From assembly GCA_003971905.1 (NCBI GenBank), contig RSEE01000008.1, forward strand, positions 372,001 through 436,000: a stretch of 64,000 bases of DNA, written 5' to 3'. The translations under genes were made by a program, and so were the position numbers. The stretch comes from Moniliella sp. 'wahieum'. Lineage: Eukaryota. Of the stretch, positions 62,934-64,000 are shown piece after piece. The notes below the pieces were generated by a model that had not been told where the DNA came from, did no database searches, and saw nothing but the letters and a program-made list of their open reading frames with translations. Position 1 is the stretch's first letter. Each line of letters starts with the position of its first letter.

Positions 62934-64000
62934 CCTATAGGCTGACCCCCCTGGCACCAATCCCGCTTCTATTTTGTTCGAGTATGGTTCATGCACCTCC
63001 ATGCTTCCAGTGTGTCGCGCTGCCATCGGGAGCATCGGTGATACACCAGCTGCGCTTCTGCTGCAGGTGCTGAATTAAGGGGGTCATTTTGCTGGGGGGC
63101 GAAAGGCGGCCTAAAACCCGGATCAAATGGGCACAGTCCGCATCCCCTGCTGTTCGGGGAGGACTCACCTACTGTATGTTTTGGCCGGATCCGAATGGCC
63201 ATCGGTTGAGCAGACCAACCACGTAACCACGTGAAGTCCAGTATAGTAGACCGCCTCGAGGTTCACAGCTCGGGAAGAAACGAAGATGGGTTACGCGGTC
63301 CTGGATCATGATCCGGCAGAGGGGAACGATGCCTTCCACTGCTTGGTGCTCTGGATTGTTGACGGGGGGGCACCCATGCGTACCCAGTACTCGTTTGGCC
63401 ATCGGAAATATCTATAGTAGTGGGAACGGATATTTCGGTGGAGCGGTTGAACCACAAGAAACAAGTGCATACCCGTTGGTGTGATCACGTTGGACGGGCG
63501 CTTGATCGTGACCTCATCCTTGCTGCTCACCGGGGCGAACGTTGCGTCTCCGTCAGCCACAGAAAGGATCGCGCGTTGGTCAACAGGTGAATCGCACATA
63601 ATATGAACGTTTTGTTGTCCGATATGAAGGCAGCTATGATTATAGGCAAGAGGAAAGAGCCATGGCGGAGTGAGAGGTCCGAAATGGAGTTCAGTGAGTC
63701 GGAGAAGAATTTGCTTATTTTCAAGTCAAGGAGAACACAGGAGCGGGGCACTGTGGTGGCAACGTCAATACACAACACCACGGCGTAGTCATGACCACAT
63801 CGCTCGGCCTGTGCACATTCTGTTCAATCAGCATCCCTGCTCTGGACCAACGTAGCATGAAGTTCAACCTGCCTGCCAACATGCATGCGCGCTGGCACCA
63901 GTGCAACTGAGCTCACCATCCCCTTTTGAGCACCAGGCAAAATTTCGACACATTCCCTTTCTCGTCCGGAAGGGAGGCCTCAAGGAAAAAGAGACTGGCA

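Overview
Gene-dense, GC-rich eukaryotic DNA with short (about 50-80 nt) GT-AG introns, most consistent with a basidiomycete fungus (smut-like; inference from gene content and intron style). Nearly every gene carries 1-bp frameshifts, which look like unpolished long-read errors rather than pseudogenisation, so many gene ends are approximate. Recognisable genes in order: ORC1 (5'-truncated), SLD5, COX15, a short-chain dehydrogenase, coatomer beta (SEC26), NKAP-like, AVL9, CSN7-like, poly(A) polymerase, myosin-motor chitin synthase, an orphan, HMG-CoA lyase, RPL8 (eL8), RPA49, an intron-containing tRNA-Gly(TCC), pirin, a GH16 glucanase, ITFG1/LINKIN, ERB1, and two copies of an MFS sugar transporter forming a ~3.5 kb inverted duplication. 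Mobile DNA: three truncated copies of a non-LTR retroelement 3' end with a CCHC knuckle and restriction-like endonuclease (two form a fold-back), and two copies of a ~170-190 bp Helitron-like hairpin element. The most striking unexplained signal is in intergenic/promoter DNA: many arrays built as TNA-[4-bp palindrome]-TNA (7-bp period), where the TNA spacer stays constant while the palindromic core changes. This looks like serial footprints of a cut-and-repair process. Also notable is a 383-nt structured first intron in RPL8.
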